A DNA stretch of 63,325 bases, counting the filler, from Dimorphilus gyrociliatus (Eukaryota > Animalia > Annelida), in assembly GCA_904063045.1 (NCBI GenBank). It is 3 parts of 3 records of this genome, joined end to end, with 100 filler letters (N's around TTAATTAATTAA, not from the genome) between each part and the next. Parts side by side here need not be neighbours in the genome. Positions count along the whole stretch, not along the records: positions 1 to 26,804 come from CAJFCJ010000116.1; positions 26,905 to 50,701 come from CAJFCJ010000169.1; 1 more part is not named here. One strand, 5' to 3'. The position numbers and the translations under genes are program-made. The notes under the pieces were generated by a model that was given only the letters and a program-made list of their open reading frames with translations, was not told where the DNA came from and ran no database searches. Positions 25,801 to 37,600 of the stretch are shown piece after piece; the stretch's first letter is position 1; the number at the start of each line of letters is the position of its first letter.

Positions 25801-26460
25801 GACTTTCTGTCTCAAGATTTCATTTCCTACTCAAGTATCTTTTCTTGAAATACAAAAAAAACACTTTTTTTAATATTAAACTTGTCTTTTAGCAACAAGT
25901 GGCTTTTTCGAATATTGAGTTTAAAACTATGTTGGAAACAGTAATCACTTGTCAAAAAATTTTGTGTACTTTTGCACTATCTGAATAACCTGATAATAAA
26001 ATCAATGACTTTTCTGTTAAAAAGCTATAAAGAAACCCTTTGTGTCATTGGCATATTATAGAAAAATGGGTGAATACCCTGCAAATTGTTTTTTTTGTGA
26101 AAAATATGAAATCTTTTTCTATACAAATTCTAAAAAGAAAAGATAGTCTGTTCACTAAATAGAGAGGATGAAAATTGCTTGGCTGAAAAAGATGACTATT
26201 TTGCTTGTAATGATTAAAAAAAAGCAAATACACTTTTACCTAGTCTGCAATTGCAAAGAAGACTGTTTGGATGGTTCTGATGAAAAACACTGCAGTATGA
26301 AAAATTCATCAATTTCATCTCGTATTTTTTTTTTTAGATTTTACAGATTGTACTATAGATGAAAGGTAATTTTGGATATCTGTCTATTGCCCAAGTTTGT
26401 GATAATTAAATTAATTGTTTCAGTAAAATTGATGAATTATGTTTTGAATAAAGTAGGAAA
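22870..26460 (+). pseudogene. Decayed N-terminal part of an SRCR/LDLa (GRL101-like) receptor
   Basis: Fragments: KVFVQVK...KICKFLGY (resembles 61569-61991 KVKVTIK...DICLDLGF), ACND...VCNCKEDCLDGSDEKHC (LDLa), and a second LDLa with a stop (QVCDN*INC...DELC). No long ORF; boundaries approximate. Confidence 0.5.
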
Positions 26461-26804
26461 AGACTATTTTAATAGTCACCGTGAAACATGATATGACGGT
26501 GAAGACAATCCAGTTACTAAATCGTATAAAAATGGAGCCACCTGGCGGGAGTTTATATGACGTTACGTTTTAAAGGGGATCATGGCATTCTGTTGGCTAT
26601 TATAAACGTTACTTAGCGTAACTTATTTAACACTACTAACAGCTTTGATTTTATCTAAATAAAACGTATAGAAAAATTTTCTGCTTTAAAACAGCTAATA
26701 ACCACTTTTAGCTCTAGCTGCGTGATTATTTTTGAAAAAAATATCAAATAGCATCTACAGTTCGTTAGACGTGTCTAACAGCAAAATAACAGTATTTTAT
26801 GTTG

Positions 26805-26904
26805 NNNNNNNNNNNNNNNNNNNNNNNNNNNNNNNNNNNNNNNNNNNNTTAATTAATTAANNNNNNNNNNNNNNNNNNNNNNNNNNNNNNNNNNNNNNNN
26901 NNNN
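26805..26904. other. Scaffold gap with synthetic six-frame-stop spacer
   Basis: 44 N + TTAATTAATTAA + 44 N. Confidence 0.98.
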
Positions 26905-29026
26905 GATTGCCTAGTTTTCTGCTAATTTCTTCAGTTAAGTTACACTGCTCAAGGCTGATATTTTTCAAGCTATTTGACAAAGACATTGCATTAAATATGT
27001 CATCAAAATGATTACCTATATATGGATTTTTGCTTAGAACGATTGTTTCAATTCTTGTACAGATTTTCAACAATTTCTCTATGCTTTTACATTCTATTCC
27101 ACTTAGATCGCAATCTTCAAAATTGAGATACTTTAAAGTATATGCTGATTGGGCAAGTCCATCGCAAATATCAATTAATCCAGGGCCCATATTCTGATTA
27201 GATTTCAAATTGATTGATTCTATATTGGAACAATTTTTAAATAGGTTTCCCAAATTCCTACTTTCCTCTTCATTCAAATTGTAAGATTGAAAATTTAAAA
27301 TCTTTAAATTATCTATTAAATGACCAACTTGTTGATAGATGTTTACTAATTTCGTTTCCAAATTTTTTTCTGATCTGATATCTATAGTTTCTAGTTTAGA
27401 ACAACATTGAAATAATTTCCCAATCAGTTCACATTCTATTGAATTGATATAAGAACATATCAATTCAATACTTTTTAAAGTCTTTGAGGATTGAAACAGA
27501 CTTTCAATCATATTTTTCAGTTCAATGGGTTTATAACTATTGTTTCTTAGCTTGACTGTTTCTATTTTAGGGCAAGTTTTCAATAAATTTCCCAATGCTT
27601 CCAAACATTTATCGTCACTATCACAAAACACAACATTGATGTACTTTAAGCTGTTTGATGAATGTAAGAGCTCCTTTAAAATAATTTCTGCACCTTGGCT
27701 TGTTTTAAAACTTTCTACATGAAAACTTTCTATTTTTGAGCAATCTCTCAGAAGAATACCAAGATTTTTACATTGGTCATTATAGAAATTTAATCCTGTT
27801 ACAGTTATCTGCTTTATGGTGTTTGCTGAAGAAATGAGTCCTTGAAAATATTCTGGATATATATAATTTTCGTAATATGCTATGTTTTGAAATTGTGAAT
27901 GTTTGAAATTTATTGATTCTAAGTTAGAAAAGTTTTTCAAAGAATTTCCCATTTCTTTCAAAGCCCATGAAGAGAAAGAGCAATGAGAAATATATATTTT
28001 CTTGAGAGTCTTTGACGAGATGAGAAGACGTGGTAAAATGTATTTTAAACAATTTTCTATTCCCCTATCATTTCCTTCTAAGTGTAAAGCTTGAATTTTT
28101 GAACAACATTTTATAATATTTCCTATGTTTTTACAATTCTCTTCACTGAAAGTGCAGTTATTGAAATATAGTTGTATCATTTTATCAGTTGAATATAGCA
28201 TGTCTTCTAGAAACTGGTGCTCTTGATAGCCAAACTCTCTAAAAGATAGGTTAATTATTTGAAATGGGGATTTCTCATCATTTTCCTTAATTTCCATGGG
28301 TTTTGGTAGTAGTATGTTACTGAGGTTTTCCATATGATTTTTGTCATTAATGTTAATATCATTTTCGAAACAATAATCTATTTTTATATTTTCCTTAATT
28401 TGTATATCAAGTCTTTTAACATTTTTTAAAATATCTACCGTATTACTATTCTCTTTTATTTGAGATTTGAAATATTTTTCCCTTTTTTCAATAAATTCCT
28501 TAAATTTACTTTTTACTCTGTCAAATTCATCTTTTACTTTTTTAATTGCTCTATTTTCGAATTCTTCAATTTTTTTTAGTTTTTCAATACTACTTCTCTT
28601 TTCTTCATTATGGAAATTATCAATTATTTCTTGTCTCCTTTCATATTTTATCATTGAAATAACTTTACAATTTTCATGCTTTTCTTCATAGCATAAAATG
28701 CAAATATTTTCTTTTTCATGTATTTCACAATAAAGTGAAGCCTCCATTTTGTGATCTCTACATAAATCTCTTTTAAATGATGATTTTTGTAATAAGTTTG
28801 AAATTAAATATTTGGGCAGCAAATCAATCTGTTTTATTGCTAGTCCACCATCTTGCTTACATATTTGGCAGCTAAGCAGGCCACTTTCATTTGCCAATTG
28901 TTTTAAACATTCAAAACAGAATATATGTTGACAAGGAAGTATTCTTGGGTCATTTTCTAGCCAAGATTTCGAACAAATATGACAAGTTAGCTCTTCCGTG
29001 TTGATAAAATAACCTTTGGCAGCCAT
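26905..29026 (-). CDS. RING / B-box / coiled-coil / RI-type LRR protein (TRIM-LRR C), intronless, 3' end in gap
   Basis: ATG at 29026 (MAAKGYF). RING CHIC...PCQHIFCFEC...CQIC, B-box CRDH...CEIH...CILC...HENC, ~70-aa coiled coil, then ~16 alternating 28/29-aa LRRs. The ORF is open up to the N-run. 30/47 identity with the N-terminus of TRIM-LRR A. Confidence 0.9.
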
Positions 29027-29174
29027 TTTGTTTAAATGATTCCTTATCAAAATCTCAATACGCAGTTGTGTTGATAGTTTTGATTTTTTTTGTCAGCCGA
29101 TTTGCATTGATAGAGATAAGCAGTATTGATCTACTTTATCTTGGGATAAAACAATAGAAAATTTTCCTATGTGT

Positions 29175-30110
29175 ACACATACATTCGTCAGCTATATTCT
29201 ACAATAGAGAAGTAGTATTGAACCAGTATTGTACTATGCAGATAGCACTGATAAAGATAAGCAGTAGTGACCTAGTTTCGCATAGGGCAGTGCATACACA
29301 TTATGCAGCAATAAAACCTATTGAATTATATAAAGAATATTTGCTATTTGCAACCTAGCATTAATATTACAATTTATTAATCCATACATTTAGGATTTCG
29401 AACTAAAACTAGTTCAATTAATTATCAATTATGCTTAAATTCTAAGTTTAGATTATATTCACTATTCAACAGTATTGTATACACAATACTGTTCTTTTTA
29501 ATGTGCATTAATCAGATATACTTCCTCCTTATATGCTGATGCTAAATTTACTAACTCAATCAATTGAATATCATTATTAAGATAGAATATAAAAACGGTT
29601 AAATATACAATCTACATGTTTTCTTGATTGTTGGACTTGTCCTACTAAAATTGTTACATCTTATGCAACTCTCCAACCTGAGAAATTCAACTATTCTTTA
29701 GAAGAGGAAAACAATAAAAACATGACCATATTTACAACTTTTCTTTGTCTTCAAATGTTACTTTTGTTTTTGTCAACATTGAAATTTGTCAACTATCAAC
29801 CCTTAAAAGAGTATATAAACCCTACGAAATTAACAGTTGATAGTTCAGTTTTCTAACCATCAGCTAGTTGTTTAAACTAGCTTGTTTAGAACTAGAAGCT
29901 CATTTTACTCAATACATATTCTTTGCATGAAATACTGGTGTTTTGTTAATTAATTTCTACCGAAATTGCCTTTGTTAGACTATTTGTGGACGAACTTTAA
30001 AGGTTCTATTTGTTTGAGTACTTTGGCAAGTTGGTAAATGATTGGAAAGGACAATTACAGTTGTGACAAACCAGAAATTCCTACAATTACAATACAACAA
30101 AGTACACTAT
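29175..30110 (+). repeat. Unclassified interspersed repeat; second long copy at 46022-46832
   Basis: Collinear high similarity to 46022-46832 over ~800 bp. Its right end also matches 8255-8400 (reverse), 30455-30495, 48770-48810 (reverse) and 55755-55830. Confidence 0.85.
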
Positions 30111-30651
30111 GGTATTCACAATACTCTTTTTTTAGGTAATCTACCAATTTAGAGACCTTTAGATAGTAATAGTAAAAACTTTTATAATTGGCAGTTGAAC
30201 ATAGATAAGTTATGTTCATCTTGCTTTCTATCAAAAATATTATATAATTTTTAATTTCTTTCTTTTTTGAAATATACAGAAATGAAATGTAACTGTGCAC
30301 TTAGATACTTAATGACTTAACGATATTTAGACTTAAGATATAGAGGAACTTTAGAATAACTTCTATTTCTTAGGAATTATAATAGTGGAACTTTAGAAAG
30401 ACTTTTATTTTCTAGAGTTAGATTTTAACACTTTGACCATAACAGATGGAGATTTGAAGCAGAAATTCCTACAATTATAATACAACAAAGTATAGTGCTG
30501 AAACTGCTCAGAATGATATATTTTCTCTTGGACAGAATTCAACATAAAGATTACAACTAGTGAACAAATGTGAGATTATATATTTGTGTGAGTAGTTTGA
30601 TAAAATTGGTTAATGATTTTTTAATACAATACTGACGCGCACACTTTTAAT

Positions 30652-30860
30652 GGAATATGACAGGAAACGTCCCAAAATGCATGGTTTTAACCCAACCCTA
30701 ACCTAGCCCTTGTCTCTCCCTAATCTCTTTGCTTACACCTAACCCTTAGATGGAACCTCCCTAACTACAAATCAGTAGCTACTTTAGTCTTCCTAGCCAT
30801 TTTTCAATTCAAAATGTTGATTTCAAATATCACACTTGAGGACGTTTTCTGTTGGCCCTC
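30652..30860 (-). mobile_element. MITE family A, reverse orientation
   Basis: GACAGGAAACGTCCCAAAA...CCCAACCCTAACCTAG...GAGGACGTTTTCTGTTGGCCC. No clear TSD. Confidence 0.8.
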
Positions 30861-31658
30861 CTTAAATGATATACTGTAAGTGTTCAAGTGGCCAAGCGAC
30901 CTTAATCCTTTAAATATAATGGGGTGCTTAGGGAAGTTCAATAGCAGGTTTCCAAATGAGCGAAAATAACACCCAATGTGGTAGGCTATAATAACTTGTT
31001 ACTATTTTTCTTTTTAGACAAATACAATCCAAATTTTAAAAAAATTATACCAAAATTACAAAAAAACAACAAATATAAAATAATTTTAAATTTATTTTTT
31101 AAAATTCAAATATTTTGTTCTGTACAGCAAAAAAATTGACATTAAAAAATATCTGATTTCCTTCTACTGTTGAAAAAACTGTTGCAAAAAAAAATATTGA
31201 ACGTATAGCCGCCATTTTTGTTTTCTTAAAAAGTACGCACTTGTAGAATTTATTGAATGCTTGCAGCCATTTTACTGCTACTTTAAAGAATATTTGATTG
31301 TAAGGAAAAAAGAAAGAAGATATTTACTAGATAGAATATCATACATTCAATGGTGGATAACTTGTAAGTAGTGATAAATTGGTGTTATACTTTTATAATA
31401 CAACTATGTAAGAGTAAAAAACTGTAGCATTTTTAACTGTTTAAAAAATTAGTAAAAACATTTTCTTAATAGGCCAATTTTGAAAAAGTTCCTATTAACA
31501 TTCTCTAGAATTTATCAATACTAAAATATTAGCCTATTAACTCAGCGGTTCCCCATAGTTCCCTCAAAAACAAAGTAAAATCAATATACAGTATATATCA
31601 CTATTAATGGAATTTCTATAAAAATATTTACTCTTTACTTTTCAGAGTTTTATGAAAA

Positions 31659-34600
31659 ATGATGAATGAATTACTAAAATTTCATTATAAAGAAATTGAA
31701 ATGTGTTTGAAGGAGGATGAGAAGTTAATTACTCATTTAATAAGCCAAGGAATCGTCCCTAATGATTTTTTATGTGAAAAAGTTGAATTTGAAAAGATTT
31801 TTACAGATTATATTCAATGTTTATCAACTTTTGAATTTTTAAAAATATTAACAAATATGCATACAGTAAAATGTAAAAAATTGATTAATCTAATAAGAAA
31901 TACTTGGAATAATTTGATAAAAGAAAGAAAGAATAGCGTTCTAGAACAATTTCAAACAATAAGAAAATTTCCATTTTGGAAAGAAAGTAAATCTATGGTT
32001 AATTTTAATCATATTTTTACACCCATTCAATTGGCATCTTGTAAGAAACAATCAATATATAATGATGGAGATTTTAATAATGTGAACAATTTTCAAAAGA
32101 TCCTTAATGATAAAAATGATAGAATTTTAATTAGAGGAGATGCTGGTATGGGAAAAACTTATCATGCAATGAAAATCTTGAATACATGGGTTCATAATGA
32201 ACACTTTCTAAAAGATTATCTCCTTTTATACATTAAACTTGGAGATATTGAAACAAATTCAAATTTTGAAGATGTTTTATTAACAAATAATTTTCAAGCA
32301 AATTCCCAAGTGACTAAAGAACTTTTGAAATATTTCCTTTATGGCAAAGAATTTCAAGATAATAAATTTTTGTTTTTATTTGATGGAATTGATGAATTAA
32401 AATGTGACAATTCAATTTTTCATTCAATAATACAAAATAGTATTGATTTAAATTATCCAATTCTTGTTTGGTCAAGAAATTGGAAAATTAAAGACATTGT
32501 TGATACTTTTGATTATGTATTTGATATTGAAGGATTTAATGAAGAACAATTACAAGATTATTTCAAGAAATTTTTCTATGAAAGAGGAGGTAAAATTTCA
32601 AACTTTATTCATTTACTGTAATAATTACTTGATTACTTTCCATTATTTCTTCAACTACAGAAAAAAAACTTCACAAATCTGCTCAACTTTTACAATTCCT
32701 ACGTACAAAGAGGAAAAAACTTCTGACGTTGTGTAATTGTCCATTAATGGCTTGTCTAGTTGCCGGTGTATGGGAAGAAAATCAATCTGAAATGACCTCT
32801 GATAAATATTCAATATTTGAAGATGCAATTAAAATTCTCTTATCTAAAAAAGGTATTCATTATCAGAGTAACATTTACAAGAAAATTTTAAACTATTCAT
32901 CAAAAATTGCTTTTGAAAATTTACTTTACAACAAAAAAATTTTAATGAATGACATTATAAAAACATCTGATTGTATTGGAGGAATTTTAATTCCAACAGT
33001 CAAAAGATCAACAATGAGCACATGTAATCAATTGACTTTTATACATTTTCTATTTCAAGAATATCTTACTGCAAGATACATTATTAATCAATATCAAACT
33101 GCCAATGATTGCAGAGGAAATATTCTATCAATGGAACAGACAACAAACTTATTTTTATTAGCAAATGCTTTCCATTTTATTAAAGAAACAAACACTGAGA
33201 TATTTTCTAAAATCATTCAGGATAGGGAAGAAATTCTTACGGTTTTGGATACTGATGAACAAATTATTGATGTTATTAAAAGGAAAGATATGGAACTTGT
33301 TGAATTGAATACAATTACTTTGGAAACAACTATTGTTCATGTTATTCAAGATTCTTATCAATATAACATCAAAATCATTGATTTCATTCATGTCAAATTG
33401 GATTTTCTAATATTTATTCAAAGTTGCATTAAGTATTTAAACAACAAATTACAAGTTTTAAAACTTTTTAGTGGTGTTGATAAACAATTTCATATTCAAA
33501 TTCTTCATAATTTAATAGCTAATATGAAAAAATTAAAAATTTTAAACATTTCTCATATATCCTTTCATGGTTCTGTAGATTGTCAAATTAGCATTGAATC
33601 AGACACATTGGAAGAGTTAATTTTAAAAAATTGTAATCTACATGATTATGAACAACCAAATTCATTCTTTAATATGAAAATTTATTGTCTTCAAAATTTA
33701 GATTTATCTTCTAATTTACTGACAGGTAAGAATTTTTCTTTTATAGTAAATACTGCTATCTGATTAATATTGTTTGTCATAGAAAAAACTATGGAAAGAG
33801 TATTTAATATGTTAGAAGATAGTGGAAATTTAACAGTTTTAAAACTGTCCAAATGTGGATTATGTTCTTTAAATTCAACAGAAAATTTATTAAAATTTAT
33901 TGAAAATAATGAAAGGATATCTTCTCTTAACTATTCTGAAAACAAACTTAATAATCAGTATGGTTACAAAGTGTTTAAATTGTTCACCAATATAACAACT
34001 TTACAATTAAACAACTGCAATTTAGAGCTTGATTCAAATGTTATAATAGATTTTCTGGATAGAAATAAAGAGTTATCAGTACTTGAACTAAAAGGAAATG
34101 TGGTGAAGGAAAACAATAGTAAACAGACTGTTTTAGAAATTTTATCTAGGTCAAGGTCATTGACAAGTTTAAAACTCCCAACAATAAATTACGAATTGCA
34201 AGAAGTGAATTGTATTTATGAGAGCTTTTTGGATTTAACATCGTTAGATATTGGAGAAAATTGCCTTCAAAATGAATATATTATTGAATTTACAACAAAA
34301 GCTTTAAAGAGTTCAACAAGTTTATCTCATCTTTATATTAACAATTCGTCAATTTCTCATGAAACTTTAAACAAAATCTCACATTCACTAGGTAATTTTA
34401 ATCCTGATATAAAGCAGTTGTCTTCAAATGACACTAATTTTAAAAGGAAACAACCATTTTCAATAAGTCTTGGCTACTCAAATTGCTCGAATTTACAGGA
34501 AAATGATATTAAGAATTTTTTAAACTCTATTCATTCTTTTCACCATTTGAATCTATCTAACATAAAAGCAACATTATTCACAAATACTCTACTGGAATCA

Positions 34601-37600
34601 ATATCCATTGAAAATCTTAGAGAATTAATACTGGAAAAATGTCTTCTAAAATCAACGGATTTAATTAAAATGGGAAAATATATTCATAAATTTTTATCTT
34701 TATATAAATTGAATTTGTCATTCAATGATTTTAACTCATTTTCATTTCTCTCATTCTTAAAAGGATTTAAGGAAGAAAACAAAAATACTCTAAAAGAATT
34801 ATTCGCTCACAATTGTAAATTTGCTCTAAAAGATATAATTGAAATTTGTCAATCTATAAAACAATTTCAAAAGTTGCAAGTTTTCAATTCATTACATAAT
34901 GGACACTATTCTCATCAACAAACAAATTTACATAATAAATTAAATTCAAAAGGGTTTAATCTCTTCTTCATTAATAAACTATTTACAGATTTTAAAATCA
35001 TTTTGGATAAAAAAATTCTTAGTTTAAATAGAAAAAGATTTGTATCAAAGGATGACATTTTATCAATAATTTATACAAATGGAATAATTGTTGAAAATAT
35101 TATAATAAGTAGCGAATTGAATGCTGAACAATCATTTTTAATGGATAAGATTTTGCAGATGGGAAATTCTGTTAAATCATTTCAAGAAATGACTATTAAA
35201 AATAATGATTTCTCTTCAAAGGCTAAATATACAATACTTCAGAATATTCAACCAAATTACATTGAAATATTTAAAATTTCAATTGAAAACTGCAAAATTT
35301 CTATAAATGACATTGAAAATCTATTTAACAGAGTTATTGTTACTACTAAACAAAGTGAATTAAAACTGTTAGAGTTATTAAATTATTACATTGAAAAACC
35401 ATATGGGAAAGAATTATTCGACAATATCAAAGAAAAATGTAAGCAATTAACTACAATACAAATAAATGATTGTGATTTTGAGGTGACCATTAAAAACATG
35501 GCGGATAAAGACTATGAGTTAAAAGTTCTAGATTTACAAGATAATTCTCTTGGAACTCTATTTGGAAAGAGCCTATTTGAATATATTAGAATGAATGTTA
35601 GAAAATTAATTGCAATATCCTTAGGCAATTGTAACTTTGAATCAAGAATTGGAAATTTACTAGGGGAAGCCATTGGACAACAGCAACAACTTCAGATTTT
35701 AGAGTTAGGAGGTAATCCACTTGGAAGTTCAGTTGGAAAGTGTTTGTTAGAAAATATAAAAATGAATTGTAAGCAAATTGTTAATATAGATTTACATAAT
35801 TGTAAATTTGATTCAAGAATTGGAAATGCTATTGGTGAAGCAATTGAACAGCAAAAAGAACTCCTAGGTTTGAATATAGGAAACAATGCCCTTGGAAATG
35901 CAGTTGGAAAGAATATATTTGAAAAAATTAAACAAAACTGTTATCAAATAGATACAATTGAACTTCATAATTGTCAATTTGATTCAGAGATTGGTAACGT
36001 GGTAGCTGAAGCAATTGGACAACAACATCATCTTTTAACTTTAGATTTAGGAAATAATCCTTTGGGAAGTTTAGTTGGAAAAAGCTTATTTGAAAATATT
36101 AAAGAGAATTGTAATAAACTGATTGAGTTGTATATGTATAATTGCAAATTTGATTCAAATGTTGGATGTGTAATTGGTGAAGCTATTGGAAAACAAATGT
36201 ATCTTAAAACATTAAATTTAGGGAACAATTCATTAGGAAATTCCATTGGAATGAGTATTTTTACAAATATTAAAAACAATTGCAAACAATTAACAATAAT
36301 AAAACTGCAAAATTGTCAATTTACATCAGAAATTGGAGAGATAATTTGTGAAGCAATTGAACATCAAAATCAACTTGAAATACTGGACTTGAGTAATAAT
36401 CAAATTGGTAATAAACTTGGAAAATCTCTCTTTCAAAAACTTTTAAAGAATTTTAAACACATGACAACTATAGGATTACATAATTGTAAATTTGATTTAG
36501 ACTTCTTAGGGAATGTTGTTGCAACAGCAATTGGACAACAAACTTTCCTTAATGTTCTAGACTTAGGGAACAATAAACTGGGAAATGAAGTTGGAAAGAA
36601 TTTGTTTGAATGTTTAAAAAATAATTGCAAACAATTAACAATAATTGGATTATATAATTGCCATTTTGATTCAAGTATTGGAAATGTTATTGGGGAAGCA
36701 ATTGGTCAGCAAAATAATTTGAAAACTCTTAACATTGGAGAAAATTTTATTGGAAATTCTGTAGGAAAAAGCATTTTTAAAAATATAACAGAGAATTGCA
36801 AAAAGTTATCAGTACTGAAACTTCATAATTGTAAATTTGATTCAAACATTGAAGATGCGATTGGCGAAATATTTGCGCAAAAACATCAACTTCGAATTTT
36901 AAGTTTAAGTGATAATGAACTGGGAAATGTAGTTGCAAAATATTTATTTGAAAATATTAAAATAAATTGTAGAACATTGACAGATATAGAGTGCCATAAT
37001 TGTAAATTTGAATCAGGCATTGGAGTTGTAATTGGTGAAGCAATTGGGTATCAACAGCATCTTAAAATTATGGATTTTGGAAACAATCCACTTGGAAATG
37101 TAGTTGCAAAGAGTTTATTAGAAAATATTAGGAAGAATTGTAAGGAATTGAATAATATTGGATTATATTATTGTGATATCGATTCAAATATTGGAAATGT
37201 GATTGGTGAAGCAATTGGACAACAATGTGATCTTGAAAGTTTGAATTTAGCTAGAAATGCACTTGGAAGTTCTATTGGAAAGAATATATTTCAAAATATT
37301 AAAGAAAATTGTAAAAAATTGGTTTCACTGTGTTTTTACAATTGTGAATTTGATTCAAACATTGAAAGTGTAATTGGTGAAGCCGTTGGACAACAGAGAG
37401 AACTTCAGACTTTGAATTTAGGAGAGAATGCATTTGGAAGTGCAGTTGGAAAAATTGTTTTCAAAAATATAAGAGATAATTGTACAAAAATAACTACACT
37501 ATGTTCAGCTAGTTGTAAATATGACTCAAATATTGAAAATATACTTGGGGAAGCAATTGGAAAACAAATTGGACTCCAAGTTTTGGATTTAAGGAATAAT

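Noticed and set aside
26849-26860. TTAATTAATTAA palindrome centred in N-runs (also 50746-50757)
   Set aside because: Identical synthetic six-frame-stop spacer in both 100-bp gaps. It creates the artificial ...LIN* end of the 733-aa ORF and is not biological.
31100-31215. Minus-strand AAAATGGCGGC start with a signal-peptide-like peptide (MAAIRSIFFF...); similar motif at 51664
   Set aside because: Very short frames with no supporting downstream exons; these may be Kozak/YY1-like motifs or chance.
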